Source: an uncultured Verrucomicrobiae bacterium
GTDB taxonomy: Bacteria > Verrucomicrobiota > Verrucomicrobiia > Limisphaerales > Palsa-1400
Length of the DNA: 64,000 nt
NCBI GenBank assembly: GCA_963707025.1
Contig: CAVPOM010000009.1
Coordinates: 160,001 to 224,000, forward strand
Direction of reading: 5' to 3'
Shown here: piece after piece, positions 20,931 through 29,615 of the stretch
How positions within the stretch are numbered: the stretch's first letter is position 1
Layout of the letters: each line of letters starts with the position of its first letter
Notes under the pieces: model-generated
Database searches by the model: none
What the model was told of the DNA's origin: nothing
Seen by the model: the letters and a program-made list of their open reading frames with translations, nothing else
Made by a program: the position numbers and the translations under genes

Positions 20931-21527
20931 ATGAACAGCCTTGATTTAAGAAAGCGACTGCATCCCCTGTGGATTATCGCACTCTGTGGCGCGCTTCTAT
21001 TTGGAGCCGTAACTTCGTACCTGATGGAGTCCCCTTCGATAGACATTGACTTTGCGATAGCAGCACCGCACAGGCTGATTCTACGCCTTATAGGTTAGCA
21101 CACAGGTTTTTTCAATGGTGATAACGTTCTTTTCAGCGGTTTTTACAATCTTGTCGCTACTGAAACATTTGAAGTAATGGTAAACGCGGTTCTTGGCGCG
21201 GTTCTTTTTGTTTTCGCACCGGCCTTCTGGCGAGGTTGGCACAACAAATGGGCGGGCATCATTACTTTCTGTGTTGCATTTTTTGGTTCTCCGGTTCTGG
21301 CATGGCGTTGGGAGGCCAATGCGATCGCTGGTGGGCAACCGTCGTTGCCGCTGTTGCCCTTAGTAGTTGGCGCGGCTATTTCTGGCTTTGCATTAGGCTG
21401 TGTGGTCGCCAAAACGACGCGCCGACAGTTGGGTGTTGGGATTCTTGCTACACTCGGTGTGCTGGGGGTGTATGCGGGCCTATTTTTTTTGCTTATTGGC
21501 GAAGCGATCCGGCATGGCCACATGTAA
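20931..21527 (+). pseudogene. Low-GC multi-pass membrane protein ORF interrupted by an in-frame TAG (21096-21098)
   Basis: ATG 20931 is in frame with track ORF 21177-21527; hydrophobic segments on both sides of one TAG at codon 56. Confidence 0.55.
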
Positions 21528-21600
21528 AGTAATAGAAGAGGCATAAGGTGGTCATCCATTAGTTCGGTTTGTCATATTTTATGACCTTCCACCCAGAACC

Positions 21601-21711
21601 CGACGCTGCAAAACAGCTTGGCCTTAAAATCTCGCGACGACAGTGGGCTGCTTGCTCATAGATCTCCGCTTCTCCGGGGGCGTGTTCGTCCAAAGGCAAC
21701 GCCGCATGAAA
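21601..21711. repeat. 111-bp direct repeat, copy 1
   Basis: Ungapped 96/111 match to 22631-22741 (manual count). Confidence 0.92.
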
Positions 21712-21803
21712 GGCCGGCTTGTCTCCCCATAGTCCCACCACCGGTGGGACGACGGCGGAAGTTTCACCGCCTCTCTTGCGCTCAACGAGCCTGCGCTGCC
21801 AGA

Positions 21804-22214
21804 TCAGGAGCCTGGGTTGGGGTCCCAGAGCTGGAGTTGCTTGAAGTAATCCCGGTAATAGCCGCGGTCACGAGCGAGCAGGCGTTGGGCATGAGTTTGG
21901 GCGTGTGCGCCCACAAGAAAGTCGGGCACAACCCGGCTCCGTTGGCCCCCGCGCTGCAAATAGGTCCGAAACATCTCACCGGCAAGAATGGCGCTCGCTT
22001 GCGACGAAGGAACAAAAGTGAGATTCCAGTCGGAAAGAAATTGGGGCATTTCGGCGGACGCCAAAGTGGGCGCGAGTTCCGCAAGGACGATTTCGCAAAG
22101 AATGAGCGAACCTTCCACCGATCCCCGCCGCAGAGCGGCCATGGATGGGGGCGCGTGCTGAGGGTCGTTCAGCAAGACATCGAGCAGAACGGAGGTGTCA
22201 ACGGCGGTCACCAT
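21804..22214 (-). CDS. vapC: PIN-domain toxin (VapC family)
   Basis: VDTSVLLD, E(LAP), PDFLVGAHA, LLARDRGYY PIN motifs. Confidence 0.9.
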   Translation of the reverse strand: MVTAVDTSVLLDVLLNDPQHAPPSMAALRRGSVEGSLILCEIVLAELAPTLASAEMPQFLSDWNLTFVPSSQASAILAGEMFRTYLQRGGQRSRVVPDFLVGAHAQTHAQRLLARDRGYYRDYFKQLQLWDPNPGS

Positions 22215-22431
22215 CGCGAATCAGCCGTAAATAATCATCGGCGCCGGTTCCGGCAGGCAGTTGGCCGCGACCGCGCCATTTCTCAAACACATCCGGCTCG
22301 ACTTTCTTCCACGCGACCAGTGTGCCCGCCCGGCTTTGCACTTCGAGCACGGTTCCCGGACCGAGTCCGAGGGCCTCGCGCACTTCCTGCGGGATGCTGA
22401 TTTTGCCGTCGTCCGTAACAACAGTGCTCAT
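22198..22431 (-). CDS. AbrB/MazE/SpoVT-family antitoxin
   Basis: GKISIPQEVREALGLGPG; overlaps the PIN gene start. Confidence 0.88.
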   Translation of the reverse strand: MSTVVTDDGKISIPQEVREALGLGPGTVLEVQSRAGTLVAWKKVEPDVFEKWRGRGQLPAGTGADDYLRLIRDGDRR

Positions 22432-22630
22432 GGAGCCAAGGTAAGGAACCACGCCCGAAAGTCAACCGCAAATTCCGGCTGAGGCCTGGTCAGATTCGGC
22501 AGGCGTTCCCTCCTTCGCTCTGCGAGCTTCCCCATTCGTATGGCCTTCCACCTTCGCATGGTCTTCCACCTTCGCCGGGCCTACGGAGGACAGGACGGCG
22601 GACAGGACGGCGGGCAGGCAAGCCGGAATT

Positions 22631-22741
22631 CGACGCTGCAAAACACCCTGGCCGTGAAATCTTGCGACCCCAGTGGGCTGCTTGCGCAGAGATTTCCGCT
22701 TCTCAGGGGGCGTGCTCGCCCAACGGTAACGCCGCATGAAA
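22631..22741. repeat. 111-bp direct repeat, copy 2
   Basis: See copy 1; the two copies bracket the vapBC pair. Confidence 0.92.
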
Positions 22742-22782
22742 CGCTCCTTTTTCACCGCGGCAAATCCAGGAAGGAAAAGACT

Positions 22783-22865
22783 TTGCCCGCAGATGGACGC
22801 AGATGGACGCAGATGAAGAATTCTTGTTTCCCTATCTGCGTCAATCTGCGTCCATCTGCGGGCAA
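22783..22865. repeat. Palindromic element built of 10-mer tandem units
   Basis: TTGCCCGCAGATGGACGCAGATGGACGCAGAT and its reverse complement (31/32) separated by 19 nt. Confidence 0.9.
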
Positions 22866-22894
22866 TTCTGGTCCCGTTCTTCATTTTGCATTTC

Positions 22895-25800
22895 TCATTC
22901 CTCCCGGAGCGCCTCGATCAAGTCTCCCCGCAACGCCAGCCGCGCCGCCGCCCAGGTCCACAAAAACCCGCTGCCCAGCACCAGCCCCATCGCCGCCAGC
23001 AGCGGGCCGAATGATATGGGCGCGCCCGGCGAAAGCAAGACGGGCAGCACCGCCAGGAGGGCCGCCACCATGCCCAGCAACAAACCCAGGCACTGCAGCG
23101 CCCCGTGTTCCCAGAGCACCAGCCGGCGCAGCGCGCGCGGGCGGAATCCCACCGCCAGCAGCACCGCCAGCTCCCCGCGCCTTTCCAGCACATTGCGCAG
23201 CACCACCACCCCCAGCCCCGCGCTGCCCAGCAGCAAACCGAGCGCGCCCAGCATCTGGAAGGTGTTCAAGTAGGTGTTTTGCACGGCGTTAAAGGCGTTG
23301 AGCCGTTCCGCCGCCGGTGTCAATTCCAGCCCCCGGTCCTGCAACGCCTTCGCCAGGGTCCGCGCCACCTCGGCCGCCGCTTTGGGCGGCGCATCCACCA
23401 GAAACATGCGATAACCGCTTTCCCCGGGAAACCGTTGCACGAACTCCGCCTCGTCCACCAGCAGGCTTCCCTGCAAAATCGAATTGGCCACCGCGCCCGC
23501 GATCCGCACCTTGAACCGATGGCCGTGCTCGTCGGTATAATCCAGCGTGTCCCCGATTTTTTTGCCCAGCGCCCATTGGATGGAGGCTTCATCCCCGATC
23601 GCCGGCACTTCCTGGCCGTGGGATGGGCCGCGGCGTTGCAGCGCCGTCCAGGGCCGTTGTGCCAGAGTTTTGTCCGCCAGCCCGGTGAAGGTGAAGGCGC
23701 GCCGCGCCTCCAGCAACTCCGGTTTGACCCCCAGCAGCCGCGGGGTGATGGCGCGATTCAAATTCAGGCAACTCGCCTCGTCCCCGTCCCGCACCCGCAT
23801 CTGCACAAACTCCACCTGATCCAGTTCGGGCTGATGCAGCCCAAAAAAATCCCGGCCCGCTTTCGTGTTCAAGTCTTGCATCACCGGAAACGCCGATTCC
23901 CCGATCAACGCAAAACCGCCCGTCCCCGAAGACCGGGCGGCGGCTTCCGGCCGGGCCTCCAGCTTGTTGGCTTCCACGGCGATGATCAAAAAACTTCCGC
24001 TCGCCAGCAACGCCACCGTCGCCAGGCTGCGCTTGCGTTGGCGCGCGCAGCCGCGCACCCCCAGTCCGGCCAGCGAGAGCGGTTTGGAAATCCGCGCCTC
24101 CGCCAGCGACCGAAACCACACCGCCGCTCCCGCAATCCCCGCCACCAGCAGCAACGCGCCTCCCCCAAAAAACGCTTCCACCGCCGAGCTGTCCCGTTTG
24201 CCCAGCGCGCTCGCCGCCAGCGCCAGCGCGCCGAAAAAGCCCGCCGCCGCCACCCAACCGGCCCAGCGCCGCCCGCTTTTTGCCGGCGCGGCTTGCGCCT
24301 CCAACTCATTGCCCTGTTCCAACAACTCGCGGGCCGGGCGCTTGGTTTGCGCCCGCAGCGCCAGCCACATCACCGCCGCGCCGATGACGATGCCCGCCGC
24401 GCCGCCTCCGGCCAGCGTGGCCGCTGTCACATGAAAGCGCAGGGTGGAATTGGCCACCGCCGCGCTCCACAAGGTCGTCAGCCCCCACAGAATGGCACGC
24501 GCATACAACACGCCGCCGGCCACGCCGAGCAATCCGCCCAGCGCCGCCACCACCAGGCCTTCGCCCAGCAGCAAGCGCCGCACCTGCCCCGGGCGCCATC
24601 CCAGCGCCAGCAGAATCCCGATCTCCTTCGCCCGCTTTTCCATTCCCAATTGAAAGAGCAACCCCAGCAACAGCAGCGCCGCCGCGATGAGAAAAAAGCT
24701 GAACGACAAAAACAGCCCGCCAAATTCCTCCGCCTGTCCGGTCGCCGCCGCCGCCAGCGCCTGCTCCCGCACCGGCAAAAAGGACAGTCCCACCGACGCG
24801 GGATTTAGATTTTTCAAAATTTGATGTTCCGCCGCCGCCATGCTGGCGGCTCCGCTTTCGCCCGGCCACCGCACGGCCGTCAACTCCCCGAGGCGGTTCC
24901 CCCACATCCGCTGCCCCGCCTGGAGGGTGACGAACGCCTTGGGCGTCCCGCGGTAATCCTTCCAATACTGCTCGTCCTTGGGCCGGATTTTCCCCAGGTC
25001 AATGGGAAATCCCGCGTCCCAGTTCGCCGTGGACTCCGCTTTGGCGATCCCTGGAAAGTCCGGCAACAACGACCGGTCGGCCGTCAGCCCCTCCATCGGC
25101 GCCACCGCGTAAACGTGGAAAAGGTCCCGTTTCTCCTCCATCCTCTTGGTCGTGCCCGGAATGAAATAGGTCAACGCCAGTTCGTCTCCGGGCTTGGCCT
25201 GCAAATCATCCGCCAGCCATTGGTTGATCACGATTTGGTCGTCACCCATGTGCGCTGGCAGCAGCGGCGCGGTCGCCGCCGTCACCATCGAATACGGGGT
25301 CGTGTTCGTGCCGGCGCGCATTTCATTGACAAAATACGTTAAGATCAATTCCGGTCCGGCCGCGCGCGCCAGCGCCTCCCGCGCGATGGGGGGATCAATA
25401 AACACCCGTTCGCTGCGCAGCTCCAATCCTCCCGGCGACGGGCGCAATTCACATTGGACATCGGCCAGTGTCCAATGCTCGCGCAACAATGCCGGCAGGT
25501 TCGTCGCATTCGTCGCGCCATTGACCAGCAGCAAATTCGCCTTGCCCGTCAGGCCGACCTTGTCCTGCAAAAAAGGCAGAGGCACAAACGCGTTCAAGGG
25601 CGGCATTTGGTTGGCCTGCAAACCAAAGCGCCCCAATGCCGCGTCCGAGACAATCCCCTTCACGGGCAGACGAAATCCCGAAGCCAGATCCTCCTGCGGG
25701 GAAATCGGCGCTTCGAGCGAAAGCAGCGACGGCTTTTGCACGCGCAGCAAAATGGTGTCGCCCGTCTTCACTCCCAACTGCCGCGCGAGCGGCTCATTCA

Positions 25801-26203
25801 GAACGGCGCCGCTGGTCCAATCATCCGCCAGCTTCGGAGGCGATTGCGCCAGCGCCCAAAAGCGTTGATCCACGCCCAGAACCTGCGCGTGATTGGCCCG
25901 TTGCGAGCCGTCGCTGTTGGCGGCCGTGCCGGGCAACAGCAGCACCGCGGCGGCCAGCCCGTTGGAAAGGCCCGGCTGCAAATCATCCGCCAGCGCCGCG
26001 CGAAAAAGCCGGTCCTTCCCTGGCAGGGCAAAATCAATTTTCCCCAATCGCGCCAGTCCCATTTCGCGCAAACTTTCCCGCACGCAATCCCCCACCGCCA
26101 GCGCGCCCACCAGCACCGTTGCCGCAACCGCCGCCCCCAGCAGCGAGCCGAGATGGCTGCGCGCGTAAAAACGCAGACTGCGAAGAATGAGCTGGCGCAT
26201 CAT
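22895..26203 (-). CDS. Large ABC transporter permease (FtsX/MacB-like, duplicated)
   Basis: Two FtsX-type TM modules (EKRAKEIGILLALGW; LERRGELAVLLAVGF) with large periplasmic domains. Confidence 0.9.
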   Translation of the reverse strand: MMRQLILRSLRFYARSHLGSLLGAAVAATVLVGALAVGDCVRESLREMGLARLGKIDFALPGKDRLFRAALADDLQPGLSNGLAAAVLLLPGTAANSDGSQRANHAQVLGVDQRFWALAQSPPKLADDWTSGAVLNEPLARQLGVKTGDTILLRVQKPSLLSLEAPISPQEDLASGFRLPVKGIVSDAALGRFGLQANQMPPLNAFVPLPFLQDKVGLTGKANLLLVNGATNATNLPALLREHWTLADVQCELRPSPGGLELRSERVFIDPPIAREALARAAGPELILTYFVNEMRAGTNTTPYSMVTAATAPLLPAHMGDDQIVINQWLADDLQAKPGDELALTYFIPGTTKRMEEKRDLFHVYAVAPMEGLTADRSLLPDFPGIAKAESTANWDAGFPIDLGKIRPKDEQYWKDYRGTPKAFVTLQAGQRMWGNRLGELTAVRWPGESGAASMAAAEHQILKNLNPASVGLSFLPVREQALAAAATGQAEEFGGLFLSFSFFLIAAALLLLGLLFQLGMEKRAKEIGILLALGWRPGQVRRLLLGEGLVVAALGGLLGVAGGVLYARAILWGLTTLWSAAVANSTLRFHVTAATLAGGGAAGIVIGAAVMWLALRAQTKRPARELLEQGNELEAQAAPAKSGRRWAGWVAAAGFFGALALAASALGKRDSSAVEAFFGGGALLLVAGIAGAAVWFRSLAEARISKPLSLAGLGVRGCARQRKRSLATVALLASGSFLIIAVEANKLEARPEAAARSSGTGGFALIGESAFPVMQDLNTKAGRDFFGLHQPELDQVEFVQMRVRDGDEASCLNLNRAITPRLLGVKPELLEARRAFTFTGLADKTLAQRPWTALQRRGPSHGQEVPAIGDEASIQWALGKKIGDTLDYTDEHGHRFKVRIAGAVANSILQGSLLVDEAEFVQRFPGESGYRMFLVDAPPKAAAEVARTLAKALQDRGLELTPAAERLNAFNAVQNTYLNTFQMLGALGLLLGSAGLGVVVLRNVLERRGELAVLLAVGFRPRALRRLVLWEHGALQCLGLLLGMVAALLAVLPVLLSPGAPISFGPLLAAMGLVLGSGFLWTWAAARLALRGDLIEALREE

Positions 26204-26368
26204 GCTTTTGGCGGCGGGGCATTTTGAATTCGCACACCCGGATTTTAATGGATTGAAGCATTTGGTTCAACCCTGAACAAGCAACTGGCCATCCGCACGA
26301 TTGAACTGGCGCATGGCGCGGGAATATTTTGACTTTCAGACCCAAGAGACGCATAATCAATTGCAATC

Positions 26369-26651
26369 GTGAGCACCTGAGACAGACATTTTAATAAAGC
26401 GCGCCGCGGACGAACTCAAGTCTGCCGGCGCACGGGAAATCTACGTTTTCGGCTCCGCTGCCAAAGGGACGGTTGGTGCCGCTTCCGATCTCGACCTGGC
26501 GGTTTCCGGCCTGCCCCCGTCGGTTTTCTATCGCATGGGCGCGCGCGTCAGTGATTTGATCGGTCGTTCGGTGGATTTGATTGATCTGGACGTCAACACG
26601 CCGTTCACCCGCCACCTCCGCACGGAGAATGAACTCGTCCGCGTGGGATAA
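26369..26651 (+). pseudogene. MNT nucleotidyltransferase antitoxin with out-of-frame start (absent from ORF track)
   Basis: Frame 26373-26651 reads ...ILIKRAADELKSAGAREIYVFGSAAKG...SDLDLAVSG...GRSVDLIDLD...RVG*; GTG at 26369 joins it if one C of GTG AGC ACC T is removed. Confidence 0.8.
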
Positions 26652-27087
26652 ATTTCGCAAACAACAGGCGTCGGAACGCGAACAATTGCGGCGTCTGTTG
26701 TCCGGAATCCGCACGCTCCTCACCAAATGCCGTGACACGGCTCCGACTGAAATCGAACTGAGCGCGCTGGCGGCTACACTCCATTCCTTCTATACGGGCG
26801 TGGAAAACATATTCAAGCGCGTGGCGCTGGAGTTGGATGCCGAGCCGGTGCGCGGCGATGCCTGGCATCGGGACCTTTTAAAGCGCATGAAAATGCCGGC
26901 CACGCACCGACCGACGTTGCTGCCGGAAGAACTGCATGACACGTTGAATGAATACCTGCGTTTCCGCCATGTATTCCGCAACGCTTATTCCTTTGACCTG
27001 GATTGGCAGAAAATGTCCCCGCTGGTGCTGCGCTTGGAAGAAACATTTCAAGAGCTGGAAACTGCGTTGGATGATTTTGTGAAATGA
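26629..27087 (+). CDS. HepT-like HEPN toxin
   Basis: LHSFYTGVENIFKR, WHRDLL, RFRHVFRNAY motifs; overlaps the MNT frame. Confidence 0.85.
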   Translation: MNSSAWDKFRKQQASEREQLRRLLSGIRTLLTKCRDTAPTEIELSALAATLHSFYTGVENIFKRVALELDAEPVRGDAWHRDLLKRMKMPATHRPTLLPEELHDTLNEYLRFRHVFRNAYSFDLDWQKMSPLVLRLEETFQELETALDDFVK

Positions 27088-27325
27088 TCCTCCCCCCAAG
27101 GCTCAATTCATTTTGACGTAAATCTCATGGATTTTTGATGCAAATTCAAAAACCGCGCGTATCACCGAGGCAACAAAACTGTGCCAATATGATTCGTAAT
27201 CAGCCTAAATTCAAGGCAAAAGAGCCACAGTTTCCGCCCGCCCACGGGCAGTCCCTTAATTTGGTGTCGAGCCTGTGGCTCGACTTCGGCACACAGCGCC
27301 GACCCTGCACAATGAAATTAAGGCA

Positions 27326-28421
27326 CTAACCGCTGGCGCCGTCGCCTTCTCCACGTTTTACGGCTTTTAGTTGATTGAGCAGAACGCGGGTCGGCTGGTT
27401 CAATTCCATTTTCAGCGCCGCCGCCGGCGGCACCCAGCAGAACTCCTGCGCCTCCTCGTTCAACTGCACCTCGCCCGGCCCGGCCACGCGGCAGGTATAA
27501 TTGAGCAACACAAAATGCGCCTCCCGGTAAAACTCTTTGGAACGCACGCAATCCTGCGCCAGGGCAAATTGAATCTCCGCGATTTCCAGGTTCGTTTCCT
27601 CCTTGATCTCGCGCCGCAGCGCCTCATCGGGACGTCTCGCCATATTTGATCTTCCCCCCCGGAATCCCCCACAACCCCGACCACTTTTGCGTTCGCACCA
27701 TCAGCGCCTCCCCGGCGGCGTTAAACACCAGCGCCCCCACCGTGCAAACCGGATGGCCCGGCCCTTGCGGGCCGTGGTCCGCGGAGCGCAATTCAAATTT
27801 CCGTCGCGCCAGGGTTTCGCGCAACTCTCCCAGATGTTCCACGATCAAGTCCGGTTCGCTCGCCCGCAATTGCTCCAGCCGGTTGTAACCCGTCAGTACC
27901 CCGCACGAAAAAAGCCCGCCCTGCCGGGCCGTTTCCATGTCATGCTGCATGTCCCCCACCAACAGCGTTTCCGCCGCCGCCAGCCGGTTGACCGCCAGCA
28001 CTTCCGCGATCTTGGCGCGCTTGTCCCACACCGCCAGATAGGCGCGTTCCATGAATTTATCGAAGCCATTGACCGCCGTTTGGGTCGCGTAATAATCCGG
28101 GTGAATGGTGCTCAGCACAAAGGAGCGAATCCCGCGTTCCCGGCAAAACGCCAAAAACTCCCGGGCGTGCGGCAGTTCCTCCACCGCCTGCCGCGCCCGG
28201 GTGAAATAGCCGTGAAAAGTCCGTTCCAACTCCGCCACCGGAACCCCCGGCAAAAAGCGGGCATAAAAACTTTCGAACGGCAGGCAAAACTCCGCGCGGA
28301 ACCGGTCCATGGTCAGCGGCGGCGCCCCGCACTTGGCAAACACATGATTCGTCGCCGCCAAAACCGCCGGCAAATCATCCACCAGCGTCCCCGACCAATC
28401 AAAGATGATGTTCCGAATCAC
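27326..28421 (-). pseudogene. HAD phosphatase-Nudix hydrolase fusion, +1 frameshift at about 27630
   Basis: HAD motif [10 protein letters not shown] and VGDMQHD; the Nudix box [24 protein letters not shown] is split between two frames by one extra base in GGG (27629-27631). Confidence 0.85.
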
Positions 28422-28819
28422 TCTTCCAGCCTACCTTCCCACCCCAAACTGCAAAGTGCAAAATGCGCCGCAGCCCGCTTCGGGGTGATGGGGCGCGCCG
28501 TCCGGGCGCGCCGCGGCGGGCAGTGCCGTGTCCGCCTTTTCCCGGCCGCCCAAAACTGGCCGTTGGCAAAATTCGCCGCCCGTGCGGCGGGGCGATGTTC
28601 ATCTCCGGAAGTTCTGCCCGCCCTCAAAGGGAAGCCCTTGCTTATGCTTGACACTCGGCGGCGGGGCGGCGGCCGCCCGCGCCCGGAGTGTTTTTGCCGC
28701 CGCCTGCCTGAGCCTGGCGGCCCTGCCGCGGCTGGAGCGCGGGGGGCCGGGGGCGAAAAAATCCCAAAACCGGCAAATTTTTTTGTTGCATTCCGCCGGG
28801 AGACAGTCAATAAAGAGGC

Positions 28820-29095
28820 ATGGCAACAAAAACAAAAGCAAAACGTAAACCCAGCGCAGCGTTCATGAAACCGGTGACACCGGATGAAAAACTGGCCAAG
28901 GTGGTCGGCGCCGCCCCGCTCCCGCGGACGGAACTGACCAAAAAGCTTTGGGGTTATATCCGGAAGCACGGTTTGCAGGACAAGAAAGTCCGCACCCAAA
29001 TCAATGGTGACGAGAGCTTGCAAGCCGTTTTCAACGGCAAGAAGAGCGTCAGCATGTTCGAGATGACCAAGTTGGTCTCCGGCCACGTGAAGTAA
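28820..29095 (+). CDS. Stand-alone SWIB/MDM2-domain protein
   Basis: AFMKP, LAKVVG..PLPRTELTKKLWGYIRKHGLQD, SMFEMTKLVS. Confidence 0.93.
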   Translation: MATKTKAKRKPSAAFMKPVTPDEKLAKVVGAAPLPRTELTKKLWGYIRKHGLQDKKVRTQINGDESLQAVFNGKKSVSMFEMTKLVSGHVK

Positions 29096-29334
29096 ATCAC
29101 GCGGTTCACCAGCCTTGCCAAGCGTCCGGTCCCATGCCGGACGCTGGGGCGGTGCTACAGTCAATTCGCCCTGTTTGCGGCAATCAAAATGCCGCGAATT
29201 CAGGGCTTTTGAGGTTTGTAGTCGCAGTCTTGCGCCCTGTCCCGTCGCGCCGTTTCCATGCCAGGCACAACCGAGGTGTCCCTCAACCTCACGGGCGTGC
29301 CAGGGCAAGCCTTTGATTCCGTTTCGGTTAAATC

Positions 29335-29406
29335 GAAACGGGGTCCGGCCGTTGAGCGCGAACCGGACCCCGCCCAATCCGCACACGCGGATTGGTGAGA
29401 CACGCA
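29335..29406 (-). ncRNA. Candidate small RNA, copy A
   Basis: Begins 12 nt after a sigma-54-type box (29434-29419); two strong hairpins followed by UUUC; paralog 122 bp away. Confidence 0.45.
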
Positions 29407-29456
29407 AGTGTGAGTAGCGCAAGAAGCGTGCCGGATGCAGGTTTGCGAAAAAGAAG

Positions 29457-29528
29457 GAAACGGCGTCCGCTCGTTTAGCTTGAACCGGTCCCCGTCCCGT
29501 CCGCACCCGCGGATTGCCGGGGCACGCA
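29457..29528 (-). ncRNA. Candidate small RNA, copy B
   Basis: Same 5' end (UGCGUG), same UCCGC-N4-GCGGA hairpin, own sigma-54-type box (29556-29541). Confidence 0.4.
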
Positions 29529-29615
29529 GTTAGGAGTGAGGCAGGAAGTGTGCCGGGTCCGGTTTTGCCAAAAAGTTGCCGGGATTGAGAAAATGGCTTC
29601 ATCGGCGGAGGGTGG

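Noticed and set aside
21590..21720. Integron attC site at the first 111-bp repeat
   Set aside because: The start (CAGAACCCGACGCTGCA) loosely resembles an attC left end, but I found no complementary GTTRRRY right end and no intI gene.
27135..27329. 64-aa ORF after the HepT-like toxin
   Set aside because: No motif, RBS or codon support that I can see.
11270..27635. Programmed frameshifting at 11277, 26376 and 27630
   Set aside because: No slippery heptamers; all are one-base extensions of short homopolymers, typical of sequencing error or recent mutation.
29335..29575. tRNA, tmRNA, SRP or RNase P RNA identity for the tandem units
   Set aside because: No cloverleaf, CCA end, SRP loop motif or RNase P GAGGAAAGTCC motif despite a GGTTCR segment.
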